From positions 46,818-110,817 of the forward strand of contig JAADVB010000029.1 of assembly GCA_023334545.1 (NCBI GenBank): 64,000 nt of DNA, written 5' to 3'. The stretch is from Salisapilia sapeloensis CBS 127946. Lineage: Eukaryota > Protista > Oomycota. Both the position numbers and the translations under genes were made by a program. Below the pieces are notes generated by a model. The model was not told the DNA's origin. It saw only the letters and a list, made by a program, of their open reading frames with translations, and did no database searches. Every line of letters begins with the position of its first letter. The first letter of the stretch is position 1. This document shows positions 23,643 through 35,287 of this stretch, in pieces.

Positions 23643-23663
23643 GAATGAAGTTCGAATGAAGTT
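23643..23663 (-). promoter_or_regulatory. Tandem 10-mer (AACTTCATTC x2 on the minus strand), oomycete Initiator-like element upstream of SURF1
   Basis: GAATGAAGTT occurs at 23643-23652 and 23654-23663 inside the 110-bp divergent SURF1/methyltransferase gap. The reverse complement contains TCATTC, resembling the oomycete Inr core. Confidence 0.35.
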
Positions 23664-23740
23664 AGAAACAAGTACAGGTAGTTGCTCTTTTTAATTAAAC
23701 TGTCTGACACGAAGGTTTGTCAATTGGTCACCTACGCGCT

Positions 23741-24895
23741 ATGCCGACTGCGGATGGACATCTCTTGGGCAATTTCCATGCCTATTACAACTTTAATCCT
23801 GTTCAAGAGCGACTGAGATTCTTAAGATGCCCGAATGGACAAGCACTTGTGAAAGCGTTGAGACAAGATGAACAAAAGGAGGTGGATGGGCCACCGGAAC
23901 CAGTCGTCATCGTTGATATTGGGTGCAATGAAGGTATTTATGACCATATATATCATTTGGATCTGTTTAATGAACGATTTGTAGGTAAATTGACGATGGG
24001 GTTTTATAACGAGGTTGCTGGACGAAAGTCTGAGGAAGCAATGTCTTCGACAGACGTCGTGCACTTTGATCCAGAAGCGATTGGCAAGGTGAATAATCTT
24101 TGCCAGCAGACAAAAACCCAAGTAGATTATCGAATCAAAGAAGATAAAGACACTGCTCATCAGCATTGGTACCTCTGTGAACTTTTCTTTGATGGAGAGC
24201 ACGTTGGGAGTGGATCTGGCGTGTCAAAGAAAGTGGCCAAATCGAAGGCTGCAAGTATGGCTCTAGCCAGCAATCCCACCCAGTCTACCGCAAACACAGA
24301 CACAGATAATACAAAAGAACTCACGGATTTGTCTTCCTGTGATGGCAAACGGCGATCTATCTTCCTGTTAGGCGTAGATATTGACAATGAGTTGATTGAC
24401 AAGGCCAAGAAAGAGAAGAAAGCGGTAGATGAAGGAGACGTTATCGACTTTCAGTGCTTGGATCTATCCACGGTAACTGCATTTGACCAAGAACTCACTT
24501 CTTTTGCGCACGCAGCGCTTGGGACAAAGCGAGAGCGGCCATACACTCTAGTGACGTGCTTTAGTGTAACCATGTGGGTACATTTGAATCATGGAGATGA
24601 TGGTTTATGGCGCTTCTTAGACCGCATTAGCTCTATAACAGAACACTTGGTCTTGGAGCCACAACCGTGGAAGTGTTATCGTAACGCTGTGAACCGACTG
24701 AAGCGGCGAAAGCATCCCATCCCAGACTCATTCACCCAACTCTCTGTGCGTCAGGATGTGTTTGAACGCATCAATGCGTTTTTACTCGAAAGCGGCCGCT
24801 TTCGATGGAAAGCAAACTTTGGCACGACCAACTGGTCTCGTCCAATGTGGCTCTATAGTCGACGTAAAGTACCGCATGTTAAATACATGGAATAG
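23741..24895 (+). CDS. Bin3/BCDIN3-family SAM-dependent RNA 5'-phosphate methyltransferase with an inserted dsRNA-binding domain
   Basis: GNFHAYYNFNP..ERL; motif I VDIGCNEG|KLT after removing intron 23934-23984; LLGVDIDNELIDKA; CFSVTMWVHLNHGDDGLWRFL; LVLEPQPWKCYRNAVNRL. A dsRBD-like segment lies at about 24068-24270. Confidence 0.88.
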   Translation: MPTADGHLLGNFHAYYNFNPVQERLRFLRCPNGQALVKALRQDEQKEVDGPPEPVVIVDIGCNEGIYDHIYHLDLFNERFVGKLTMGFYNEVAGRKSEEAMSSTDVVHFDPEAIGKVNNLCQQTKTQVDYRIKEDKDTAHQHWYLCELFFDGEHVGSGSGVSKKVAKSKAASMALASNPTQSTANTDTDNTKELTDLSSCDGKRRSIFLLGVDIDNELIDKAKKEKKAVDEGDVIDFQCLDLSTVTAFDQELTSFAHAALGTKRERPYTLVTCFSVTMWVHLNHGDDGLWRFLDRISSITEHLVLEPQPWKCYRNAVNRLKRRKHPIPDSFTQLSVRQDVFERINAFLLESGRFRWKANFGTTNWSRPMWLYSRRKVPHVKYME

Positions 24896-25582
24896 TTGCT
24901 TGTTATGATCTGAGTTTACTGGATTTCGTTCCATAGAGGCCTTGCATCGGCTGCTATTCCATATAAATCATGAGCTATATCCAGTACCCACTTCTCTATT
25001 TCGCATTGTTTCTATTCTTTTTGACCGCACAACACTATATGAAGGAACTTTACGATGTCTGCATTCCTGCTAACTACTGTTTTCAATGTCTATATCCACG
25101 ATTTTCTAGACATCTTTCAATTGAAATGGAAATGCAGGACGAGTGTAGTCGAGGTGATTACTATTTATTCAAAGCTGTCCAGTAACCGAAGTACGAAGCA
25201 TTTCGAAACGCATACTAGATCGTGCTACTATGATCTATGTGCATCCAAGGGCAGAGAGATACAGCAAATATGAAGTTTCCTTCTATACATGTATAAATTA
25301 ACTAGACGAAATCTGGAAGCTTATTCCTACAAGAACAACCAATGCACAAATTCCACTACTAACATAGCCATAAATTAAAGCACAACAAATACAATATATG
25401 CAGCATCGAACTCTTTCACCTGTACTCTATCCACTCGTATGCTCCAAAGTCCACATCCAAGCCCATCTCGTGGAAAAAATAAAATCAGATAGTCTTTTCT
25501 TTCCTCTGATATTTGAAGTTCGAACAAAAGTCGACAAAAGCTCATTCGATAGCCATCAGCAGGTACACGAGTACATCTAGGC

Positions 25583-27534
25583 ATGAAAAGTCAAGAGACA
25601 ACGGATGCCGGATGGAAGTCTAAGATACCACAATTCGTTACCTTTGCAGCCTTTGTAATCTTCGGTATCTCGTCCTGGGTCATGACGGATGGTATGTATA
25701 AGCACCAATCGTACTGTATCGCAGCCTTATTAAAGCGTTGGAGGATGATATAGTCACGTATTTGGAGCTCAATGCATTTCTACAAGAGCTACCGGAAGAG
25801 TATAGTATTAACGCTTACGCGGTATGCCATCGTCTATGTATTTTTGCTTGATGACAAGACTAATGGCTGCTTCAGATTTTTGCACTCGAGTCCACCAACA
25901 TCTATCCGATCCTCTACGTGCTTCTGAACTCGAACCAAAAGTATGTTCGTCAAACGACCGTCATTTGGGTCATCCTGTCGCTCGGCATCCTAGTTGCTGC
26001 ACTCATGAGCGGTCTGTGGGATCAGACTGCCGTCATTTTCGGTGAGGAACACAGTGTTCCCATGCTCGTAGTACGTCCATGCATATGATCCAATGTCAAT
26101 CATGCTGCTCACCTCTATACACTGTAGTTAACACACTTTGGAGGCGTCGTAAGTACGCTTTCCAGCGTCGTCTTCTACCCGTATGTGTCTCAGTACCCAT
26201 CGATTTACACAAGTGCCTTGGGCACGGGCGAAGGTCTCAGCGGCGCCGTCTCTGGATTCTTGGCTGTCATCCAGCAACCATTCTCTCAAGACGACATGGT
26301 CTTCTCCGTCAGCCTCTTCTACATCATCTCCGGTAACTCTTATCTCCTCTTTATCGATATTCATAATGTTTGAAATTTCTTGGAAGCTTGTATCCTTAGT
26401 GCCTCTCTATCTGCTTTTGCATTCCTACAACTGCATCCATACCCTCGTCTTGTTCAGTCCGGTGGACATGACAGCGGAAAGTCTACGGAGAATCCAACGG
26501 TTGCAGACGACTCATCTGCAGATGATATTGAAAATGGTAATGCACCTCCTCTATTCACACTTGCATATGATCGTGCGGAGGAAGAGGAGACTCCGTCTGC
26601 TGATGAAAGCACGTTATTGATTTCTCATGAAGCAAAGAAGAGTCAAAAGGACAAAACGGAGGAGGAACAAGGCAAAGTCACTACGCCTGTATCCAAAACG
26701 AAACTCTTCCGTGGCGCATGGTGGCTACTCTCGTGTCAGTTGGCCATTGCTGCACTGGAATTTGGAGTCTTACCATCCGTCATGCCGTATGTCTACAAGA
26801 AATTTGCCGTACGTCCTCTCCTAATACGCTAAAAAAGGTCATTAGTCTGAAGTGTCCTTAATCCAATAGCCAGGAGACAATACGGAGGAGTCCACTGCTA
26901 CGATACAAACAGTTGCCAGCGTCACTGGCTTTGTCTTTGATCCCATATTCCGTCTTTCAACAACGTCAGTATTGCATCCTTTGCCAGTAGCTCTAGATAT
27001 GCTTCTGACACTTGCTCTGATTGTAGACGCTTTCGGTACTACCACGTTGGCAGGATGACTTTGATCTTTGCCTGCATCGCGGTACTTCCTTTCATTCGTC
27101 TGCTTCTAATATTCCATAGACCTCATGCGTGCTGTCTATAGACGTTGCTCTTGTGTCTATCCTTGACGCCACATCCAATCTTAAGCAACTACCACTACGG
27201 TTTCATACTTCGTAAGATTAGTTGATACTTGTCTCTCCATGCGAGAACCTGACAATTACTGTTAGCACTGGTGTGTCACGTCACCTACATGGTCGGAGCT
27301 GCATACACGAACACAATGATCTTCCTCACTCTGAAACACACCAAAGGTCTGTCCTCCATCTACTATCATGCGTACATCATTAACCCGTTTGTCTTACTTG
27401 CAGAGGCGCATGAGGATCAGCGTAATGCTCACTTCTTATACCAATGGAACGGCCTCGCAACACAAATCGGTGGTCTTGTGGGTACTTGCATCATCTTTCC
27501 GCTCGTGTATTTTCAAGAAGACCTTTTCCAGTAG
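25583..27534 (+). CDS. SLC52-like (riboflavin transporter family) multi-pass membrane protein, many short exons
   Basis: Spliced N-terminus FVIFGISSWVMTD|VTYLELNAFLQELPEEYSINAYA resembles SLC52 FGMGSW...VELP...LPEGW. SSVVFYPYVSQYPSIYTSALGTGEGLSG resembles the SLC52 SSVxFLPF...FFxGQGLSA region. Hydrophobic helices throughout; ends LVYFQEDLFQ-TAG. Confidence 0.7.
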
Positions 27535-27597
27535 CGATTGCCATGTAAATGCACCTTTCGCTTTATTATACGATACGGTATAAGATCTACGCTCCAT

Positions 27598-29243
27598 CTA
27601 CTTCTTCCCCTTCCCTTTGTGCTTCGAAGTCTTTGAACTAGCCGATGGCTTGGTCTCGATTTCAATCGTCCCGCCTTGAATATCCTGCTTATGCGCACTC
27701 TGCTCCACTTTGCTCTGCGTATCGAGATAAAACATCAAGTCTCGCACCTATCAACCTTGACGTCAGTACAGTAGACACTTGTAACTGTACTGAATAACGT
27801 ACTTGGCTCTCTAAATCCGCAATCCGATGCGTACTCTCTCGTTCCGACTTTGCCTGATTGTCTTTCAAAAGCTGTATCTGTTCCTCCCACTGCTTCTTAT
27901 TCTCCAAAAGCTGCATATTCAGCTCTCTACATACATGATAAGTCCGACAACTTTATACATTGAAGAGGAGGAGACTACCTGACAAAAGTCAGCTCCTTCT
28001 CCAGCTTTGTCGACTTGGCTACTAGTGCTTCATTCGCTTTCTTCAGCTGCTTCTTCTCATGCTCCAATGCACTGACTGCTCGTCGAGAACCTGCTGCTGC
28101 TGCCTCCTGTAGCTTCTGCTCGTAGTATATGCGCTGCTCTTCCAACTGACTCGTTAACAAGTGATTGTACTCTACAGCTAGCTTTTCTAGTTTCTGATGC
28201 TCCTCTTCCTCTAGCTCTGCAGTCGTTGGAGGAGGCAGCTGAGACCTTTCGCCACTATGATTATTCGGACTTGGAAACTCGACGAACTTGCCGTCTTGCT
28301 TATTCAAAATCAGTCGATGGACGTATCCGTCTCCAGCGTAGTCCCACACACGCTGTGTTTCTAGCTCGAGAGAGTACGTGTGATACGTCTCGTGGTAATG
28401 CTGCTTGGCATGCTCTCCAGAGTACCGACCACAGCCGATGTGACCGCAGATGAGACAAATCCATAGATGCTCTACAGTGCCACAAACTTCACATGCAGAC
28501 TCATCGTCACCATGGCTGTAGCGACATACAGGACAACTAGAGCCTTCCCATCGGAAGAGGCAGTCGCAGTGGAATGTATGATTGCATAGTGTCGTTAAAA
28601 TGCCGGAAGCAGTGGCATCAAGACGATCGAGGCATACAGCACAAGTGGGAATTTCAGTCAAGCCTGAAGGAGGAGGTGGTAGCAACCGATCTACGGATTT
28701 AGTAGAGGTAATTAACGCTTCTTCCTTGACGTCGATCTTCTCTTCATCCGATGCGGCGATTACATTCGTGTCGGACGGCAGTGGGTCGAACTCAATCGAC
28801 CGTACAAAGACGATATTGCAACGATCTTGCTCAATTGAATTGAAGAACTGTCCGTCATGGTTCATAAAGAACTGATCGGCATGTTCTTGCTCTGTGAATT
28901 GGAGCAATGCCATGCAATTATCTCGTTCTGAATCCCGTAAGATGCGTACGAGTTCAATATGGGCACGATATCCAGCAATAAAATTCAGCAAGTCCACTGG
29001 CGACATATGCGTCGGCACGGATATAATACACACGAGCGTACTCCGTTCCGTTGGCAATTCCGGTACGATCGAAGTCGATGGTGTGACACGAGGAGGCGAG
29101 TGCTCCGTCACGCGAAAGAAACGCAATTTGCCAGTATTCACACGCACGCGTGGGTTACCAGTAAGAAAGGAAGCATCAATTTCCTGTTCATCATCTTCCT
29201 TCCTCTCTTCATTCGCCACATCCTGCACATGCACTTGGAACAT
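27598..29243 (-). CDS. BRAP: BRAP2/IMP/Etp1-type E3 ligase (BRAP2 domain, RING-H2, UBP-type zinc finger, coiled coil), 3 exons
   Basis: CAVCLDRLD...LCNHTFHCDCLFRWEGSSCPVCRY; CEVCGTVEHLWICLICGHIGCGRYSGEHAKQHY...ETQRVWDYAGDGYVHRL; last exon VRDLMFYLDTQ...KGKGKK-TAG. Confidence 0.93.
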
Positions 29244-29421
29244 ACTCGCTTGTACCGTTGTACCACCTGCACGTACCAAAAGCTGTCCGATCAGAAACGA
29301 AAATCCAGTCGAAATTAATTATAGAGTGAGCTTGATTTTCTACTTTCTATTTCTTTATTTGTCACCCAAGAGGTACATCGTCATACCGCGTTTTATTCTT
29401 TCCAAGAGAAGGTCGACTGAT

Positions 29422-31190
29422 ATGTACGATAGCAGACAGAACTACCACGGAATGCAAGCGAATCCATACGCCGAGCCGTACGTTGTTTTCATGAGAAAGG
29501 TGGAGATGTATTTAATTGTGTCATGAAAAGGTACATGGTCCAAGCCCAACCGGTGGATGGTCCGATGCAGCCGTCTGCTACGCCGATGAAGCCGTACGTG
29601 TCTTGCATAGCAGAATAGTGATGGTATTAATGTCAGACGTAGAGATAAAGAACCCGCCAAGGGGTTTCGCGACTGGCCATTCGCCATCCTCTTCATTCTA
29701 AACATCGGTGCAATCGTCGCCTTTGCCGTACGTTACGCATCTTCCTCTCCTGATTTATGGATCTGACGTTTAAACTAGGTCATGTGGGGCAAAGAAGCTG
29801 TCTCAGATGACAATGGTGATACGTTCTGGATCCCGAATAACGCCATGATCACCGTCCTGGCCATCATGCTCGGCATGGCTGGCTTCTCCTTCGCCCTCTC
29901 GCTGCTCTTTGTGAAACTCATCACAGCCTACGCTCGTGTCATGATCCACTTTGTACTGTGGTTCAACGTCGGCATCGCAGTTCTCATCGCTGTCTACGGA
30001 TTCTACTATGGAAGCTTTCTCATGGGCATCTTTGGCGCCATCTTCGCTCTCCTCAGCGCTTGTTACGCTCGCATGGTCGTCCACCGCATCCCATTCGCTG
30101 TTGCCAACTTGCGTGTAGCGGAGGCTGCTATCTCGAAACACAAGTCCACGTATCTCGTTGCGCTCATGTTCACAGTCGTGCAAGTCGGATGGGTAGCACT
30201 ATGGATCATCTCGTTCTTAGGCGTCGTGACGCAGCTGGATAATGATACGAACAACCGTCGCCGACTCTTTACAAGCAATTACGATTCAAACCAGACACGA
30301 TCGAACTCGCAGAACCCATCGGCTGTCAACTATGTCGTCTTCTTCTTCATGCTCCTGTCCTTTTACTGGGGCATCCAAGTCTTTAAGAACATGGGACACA
30401 CAACGATCACAGGTACTGTCGCTTCCTTCTGGTACGCTTCTGACTCGAAAGGAGCCACTGGATCAGCTTTGAAACGTGCTGCCACCACTTCCTTTGGATC
30501 TATTTGCTTTGGAAGCCTAATCGTTGCTATCATCCAGGCACTCCGATCGGTACGATACTCGTTTACTACACCTATGCTATCGTATTTATCTTGTGGACAT
30601 AGCTGGCTCAAAGCGCGCGTGATGAAGGCAGTGTCTTGGCGTGCATCGCCGACTGCCTCTTGTCTATCTTGCAAGGGATTATCGAATATATTAACCGATG
30701 GGCTTATGTCTACGTCGGTGTCTACGGGTACAAGTTCACCCAGGCCGGGAAGGCTGTCTTTGAGCTCTTCCAGAACCGTGGATGGGATGCGATTATCAAC
30801 GATGACCTCATTGGCAACGTCCTAGGCTTCGCAGCGCTCTGTGTCGGTACGTTTTTGGTTATTAAACCGTCCTTTCATGTATTCTAAAGCTCTGAATCTG
30901 TAGGGTTGATCTGCGCTGCTGCTGGAGCCATCATCTCGGAGACATCCAGCCTTGTTTCCTTTGAAAGCAGCGCCACGATTCTGGCGATCCTCGGCTTGTT
31001 CGTTGGCATGGGTGTGGCCATCACGCCGTTGGCTGTGATCGATAGCTCGGTCGCGACCATTTTCGTCTGCTTTGCAGAGGACCCGGCAGCCTTTATGAAC
31101 TCCCATCCGGAGTTATACCAACCACTGGTGACCGAATGGCACAATCTATATCCAGAGCTCATGGTCCAGGCAGGTTACTGGCACGCTTAA
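29422..31190 (+). CDS. Choline transporter-like protein (CTL/SLC44/Pns1 family), multi-exon
   Basis: Spliced KGFRDWPFAILFILN; ATTSFGSICFGSLIVAIIQALR; IEYINRWAYVYVGVYGYKFTQAGKAVFELFQNRGWDAIINDDL; IDSSVATIFVCFAEDP. Confidence 0.9.
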
Positions 31191-31507
31191 ATTCTGTGAA
31201 TAACACACAAAGCTTTCTATAATGCATCTGGGAAGAGGAAGGCCTATAAGGCAGATCACATCTTTTTCTTTTTTTCGATTCGACCTGCTTCTCTTTTCTT
31301 TTCAATCAATTCTTCTGTAGGCGTGCGGACGACTTTCGTACAACCTCGATAGTATTTGAGTTGCATACAATTTCTGATAGTAACATGATAATGTCGCTCG
31401 TAGAACTATAATGTAATTTCTGCACGATATACTTTAATTAAGTGCTTTTTTGGCGGGAAAACACGACCCAATTAACGAAGTGGTGAACGCAGTTGAGCGG
31501 GGTCGAG

Positions 31508-34500
31508 ATGCATCTCAAGCAAGTGGTGATTTGCGGATTCCGCAGCTACCGTGATGAAATCCACGTCGCGCCTTTTAGTCCCGAGCACAACGTCGTGCTT
31601 GGCCGTAATGGCAGTGGCAAGTCCAACTTTTTCGACGCCATTCGCTTTGCGCTCTTGTCCGGTCGCTTTGCTAATCTACGACCAGAGGACCGACAAGCTT
31701 TATTGCACGAAGGTGCTGGGCGACATGTCATGTCTGCATATGTCGAAGTGATCTTTGACAATGAAGACGGACGTTTGCAAGTAGATGCTCATGAAGTCGT
31801 GCTGCGTCGTACGATTGGTGTCAAGAAAGATGAGTTCATGCTGAATAAAAAGTCAATTACAAAGAGTGATGTGATTCAGATGCTGGAAGGTGCTGGATTC
31901 TCACGTGCGAATCCGTACTATATCGTCCAACAAGGTAAAATCAACGCTCTCGCTGTCATGAAAGAGCATGAGCGATTGGAACTTTTAAAGGAAGTTGCTG
32001 GCACGAACGTCTATGAGGATCGGCGACAAGAGTCACTTCAGATACTCCAAGACTCGAAGAATAAGCAGCAGACGGTTGATCAGTCCATCGAGTACATTGA
32101 GGAACGTCTCCAGGAACTAGAAAACGAGAAAGAAGAGCTTGTGCAGTTCCAACAGCTCGATCGAGAACAACGTGCATTGGCCTATACGATGCACCAACAA
32201 GAGCTACGGGATGTACGTATCGAATTACAGGCTGTAGATCAGGAAAAGGACCAGGATTCCGCGAAATCGACTGAATTGCGAGACAAGCAGCTACGACTAA
32301 CGAATGAACTGCAGCAACTGGAAGCAAATGAACAGAGTAAGAAAGCAGATACGTCAATCTTACAGGAACAAAAGAGTCGTGTGGAAGCTGAGAAGAAGGA
32401 ATTGATGGAAAATCTGTATCAGCTCCAGTTGGAAGTCGCAGAACTTGGTGAAAGCGCTTCTTCTGGTTCATCTCGCCGTTCTCAATTATCACGAGAGCTT
32501 AGTGCGTTAGAACGTAGTATCCAAGACCGTACGAAGCAATTGAAAGAACAGATCGTACCGGAAATTAATCGTATCGAGGAAGAGCATGAGCAAGTGCTAC
32601 AGACATGTCGAGAGCAAAGTGCTCAGTCCGAACAACTAATTGCTCGACAAAGTCGTTCCACTCAATTCAATACACAGGAAGAGCGTGATACGTACTTGCG
32701 TAATGAAATCAAGGAACTCGAGACACTCGTAGAACGCAAGCGACAGGATGCAGCAGCAGTCCAAGCATCCACACAAGCCTTAGACGACGCAATGAAAGAA
32801 GCGGAAGAGCACATTCAGGAACAGGAAAGCCAGCTACAGACCTATCGCGACACGATCGAACGTCTGAATAGCGAGATTGTCGAGCTGAAGGAACAACGGA
32901 ATGCTCTATCGGAACAGCGCAAGGACAAGTGGCGGACGGAGAACCAGCTCGATCAAGACGTTCGACAGCTCACAGAGACAGTGTCGAGAGGTGAGAGTGT
33001 GCTGCATAGCACCATGGCGAGCGACGTACGTCGTGGGCTCGAAGCCGTGCGTGAGATGAGCTCCAGCGGGCGTGTGCGTGGCATCTACGGTCCGATCATC
33101 GAACTCGTAGAGCCGATGGACGAACGCTTTTGCATCGCAGTGGATGAAGCTGCTGGATCCTCTCTCTTCCACGTCGTCGTGGACTCGGATGAGACAGCTG
33201 CCAAAGCCATGAAGGAGCTAGAAAAGGAGAGTAAAGGTCGACTTACGTTCCTACCGTTGAATCGTCTACAAGTAGCTGATCATCTGCTCTATCCTCAAAG
33301 TGAAGACGTGATGCCACTACTCGAGAGACTCGAGTACCCTTCGGAAGTGGAGAAAGCAGTCCGTTCGGTCTTTGGGAAGAAACTCTTGTGCCGGAATCTC
33401 GACGCATGTGTCCAATATGCAGAGCAGACGGATATGGATTGTCTTACCTTGGATGGAGACGTTGTCCATCGACGAGGAGCGTTAAATGGTGGATTCAAGG
33501 AGCTCCGTCGGTCTCGTACGAAAGCCATGATGGAAGTACGTGCGGCCAAAAAGGAACTCGAGACAGCATCGAGTCGAGCGAAGGAAGTAAAGGAGGAAGC
33601 ACAGCAGACGGATCAACAAGTCGCTCATCTCGTGGGTGAGATCCAGAAGAAGAATGGTGAGAAACAACACACGTTGTCTTCGTATGAGCAACTCTGTGAT
33701 GAACTCGCAGCGTCTAAAAAACGTCTCGAGAACGATCGATTAAGTCGAGAGCACAAGATCGCATCGATCAAAAGTCAAGAGGAGGAACGACAGGATTTAG
33801 AGACGACGATCGCTTCGTATAGACAAGAGCTCGAGTCGGAGATGCAAGCGGATCTTAGCTCACAAGAAAGTGAGAGTCTGCATCAATTATCCAGTAGCCT
33901 CGCTGCGCTGCGTAAGCAAGAGCGAGAGCTACGGAATCGAAAGGAAGAGCTACGTGCTCGTAAAGACGGAGTGGAAGCTGTCTTATCAGAGAACTTGTTC
34001 AAACGTCGGAATGAGCTACGGCGTGAACTCGGTCAGGAAGGATTAGAACAAGTGACGTTGCATGAACAAGATGGAGAGCTACGTGCAAAGCAGTTGGATA
34101 TGGAAAATGCGGATGCACTCGTCCAGCAGAACGCTTTGGAACTTGCGAGTATTGAAAAGCGATCGAGGGAACTGCAGGATGATGTCGCTTCCGGTCAAGT
34201 GCGTCAACAGGAAATTAAGACAGAGCTCGAGACTGTTGAAGAAGAGCTGGAGCAAGAGCAGCATGAGACGGAAAAGATCTACAGCCGTCGTAGTCGATTG
34301 CTCCAACGCCATGACGTTGCGATGCGAGAGATCCAGGCCCTAGGGACACTACCATCGTCCGAGTTGGAAAAGTTTAAGGACCTCCCACTCAAGCAAGTTG
34401 CCAAGCAGTATCGAGATAAGAAAGAGCAGCTACGTGCGTTTAGTCATGTCAATGGCAAAGCGTTAGACCAATACGTGAGTTTTAGTACGAAGAGAGGGAC

Positions 34501-35213
34501 GTTGGTCGAGCGCAAGCGAGAGTTAGAAGACGCGTACACGTCTATTCAAGACTTGATGGAGGTGCTAGATCAACGAAAGGATGAAGCGATCCTCAAGACC
34601 TTTAAAGGTGTGTCGCATCACTTTTCCGAAGTCTTCCAAGAGCTCGTGCCGACAGGTGAAGGGAAGATGCTGATCATTCGAGACGACCCGAGTCAGTCGC
34701 AAGAGTCGACGGAAGGAGAGAACACACCAACGAATGCTCGCGTTGAGTCCTTCTCTGGTGTCCAGATCAAAGTGAACTTCCGAGGGGAAGGAGACTCGTA
34801 CTTGATGCAGCAACTCTCTGGCGGACAAAAGTCACTCGTAGCACTCGCGTTCATCTTTGCCATCCAACGATGTGATCCAGCGCCATTCTATCTGTTTGAT
34901 GAAATCGACCAAGCATTAGACACGAACCATCGAGCAGCAGTAGCGAGACTCATTCAACGCCAGGCACATTCTTCTGAGAACCCGGCACAGGTACTTGTTA
35001 ACTCCTATGATGCTATCTATCCTTCTTACGTGTCTGCTGTAGTTTATCACGTCGACGTTTGGACATGAACTGGTAAAGGTTGCTGACCAGTTCTACGGCA
35101 TTGGTTTCCAAGACAAAGTCAGTCAAGTGTACACGATGACTCCGGAAGACTCGCTCGACTTTATCAGTAACATCATTGCGGAAGAAGATGTGACGAATGA
35201 TACGAACAAGTAG
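31508..35213 (+). CDS. SMC3: Cohesin subunit SMC3, 2 exons
   Basis: MHLKQVVICGFRSYRD; Walker A GRNGSGKSNFF; RRTIGVKKDEF (Eco1 acetylation KK); hinge; signature LSGGQKS; FYLFDEIDQALD. An intron at about 34991-35043 leads to FITSTFGHELVKVADQFYGI...TAG 35213. Confidence 0.95.
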
Positions 35214-35287
35214 CTTCTTTTCTCTTTTAAATGCGTCGGGAATACATATTCAAGCACGACGGCTTCGTTTCTTAGTCCTATCGTACT

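Noticed and set aside
24896-25582. Short ORFs (60-72 aa) between the methyltransferase and the SLC52-like gene
   Set aside because: AT-rich, no motifs and no coherent splice chain; treated as intergenic.
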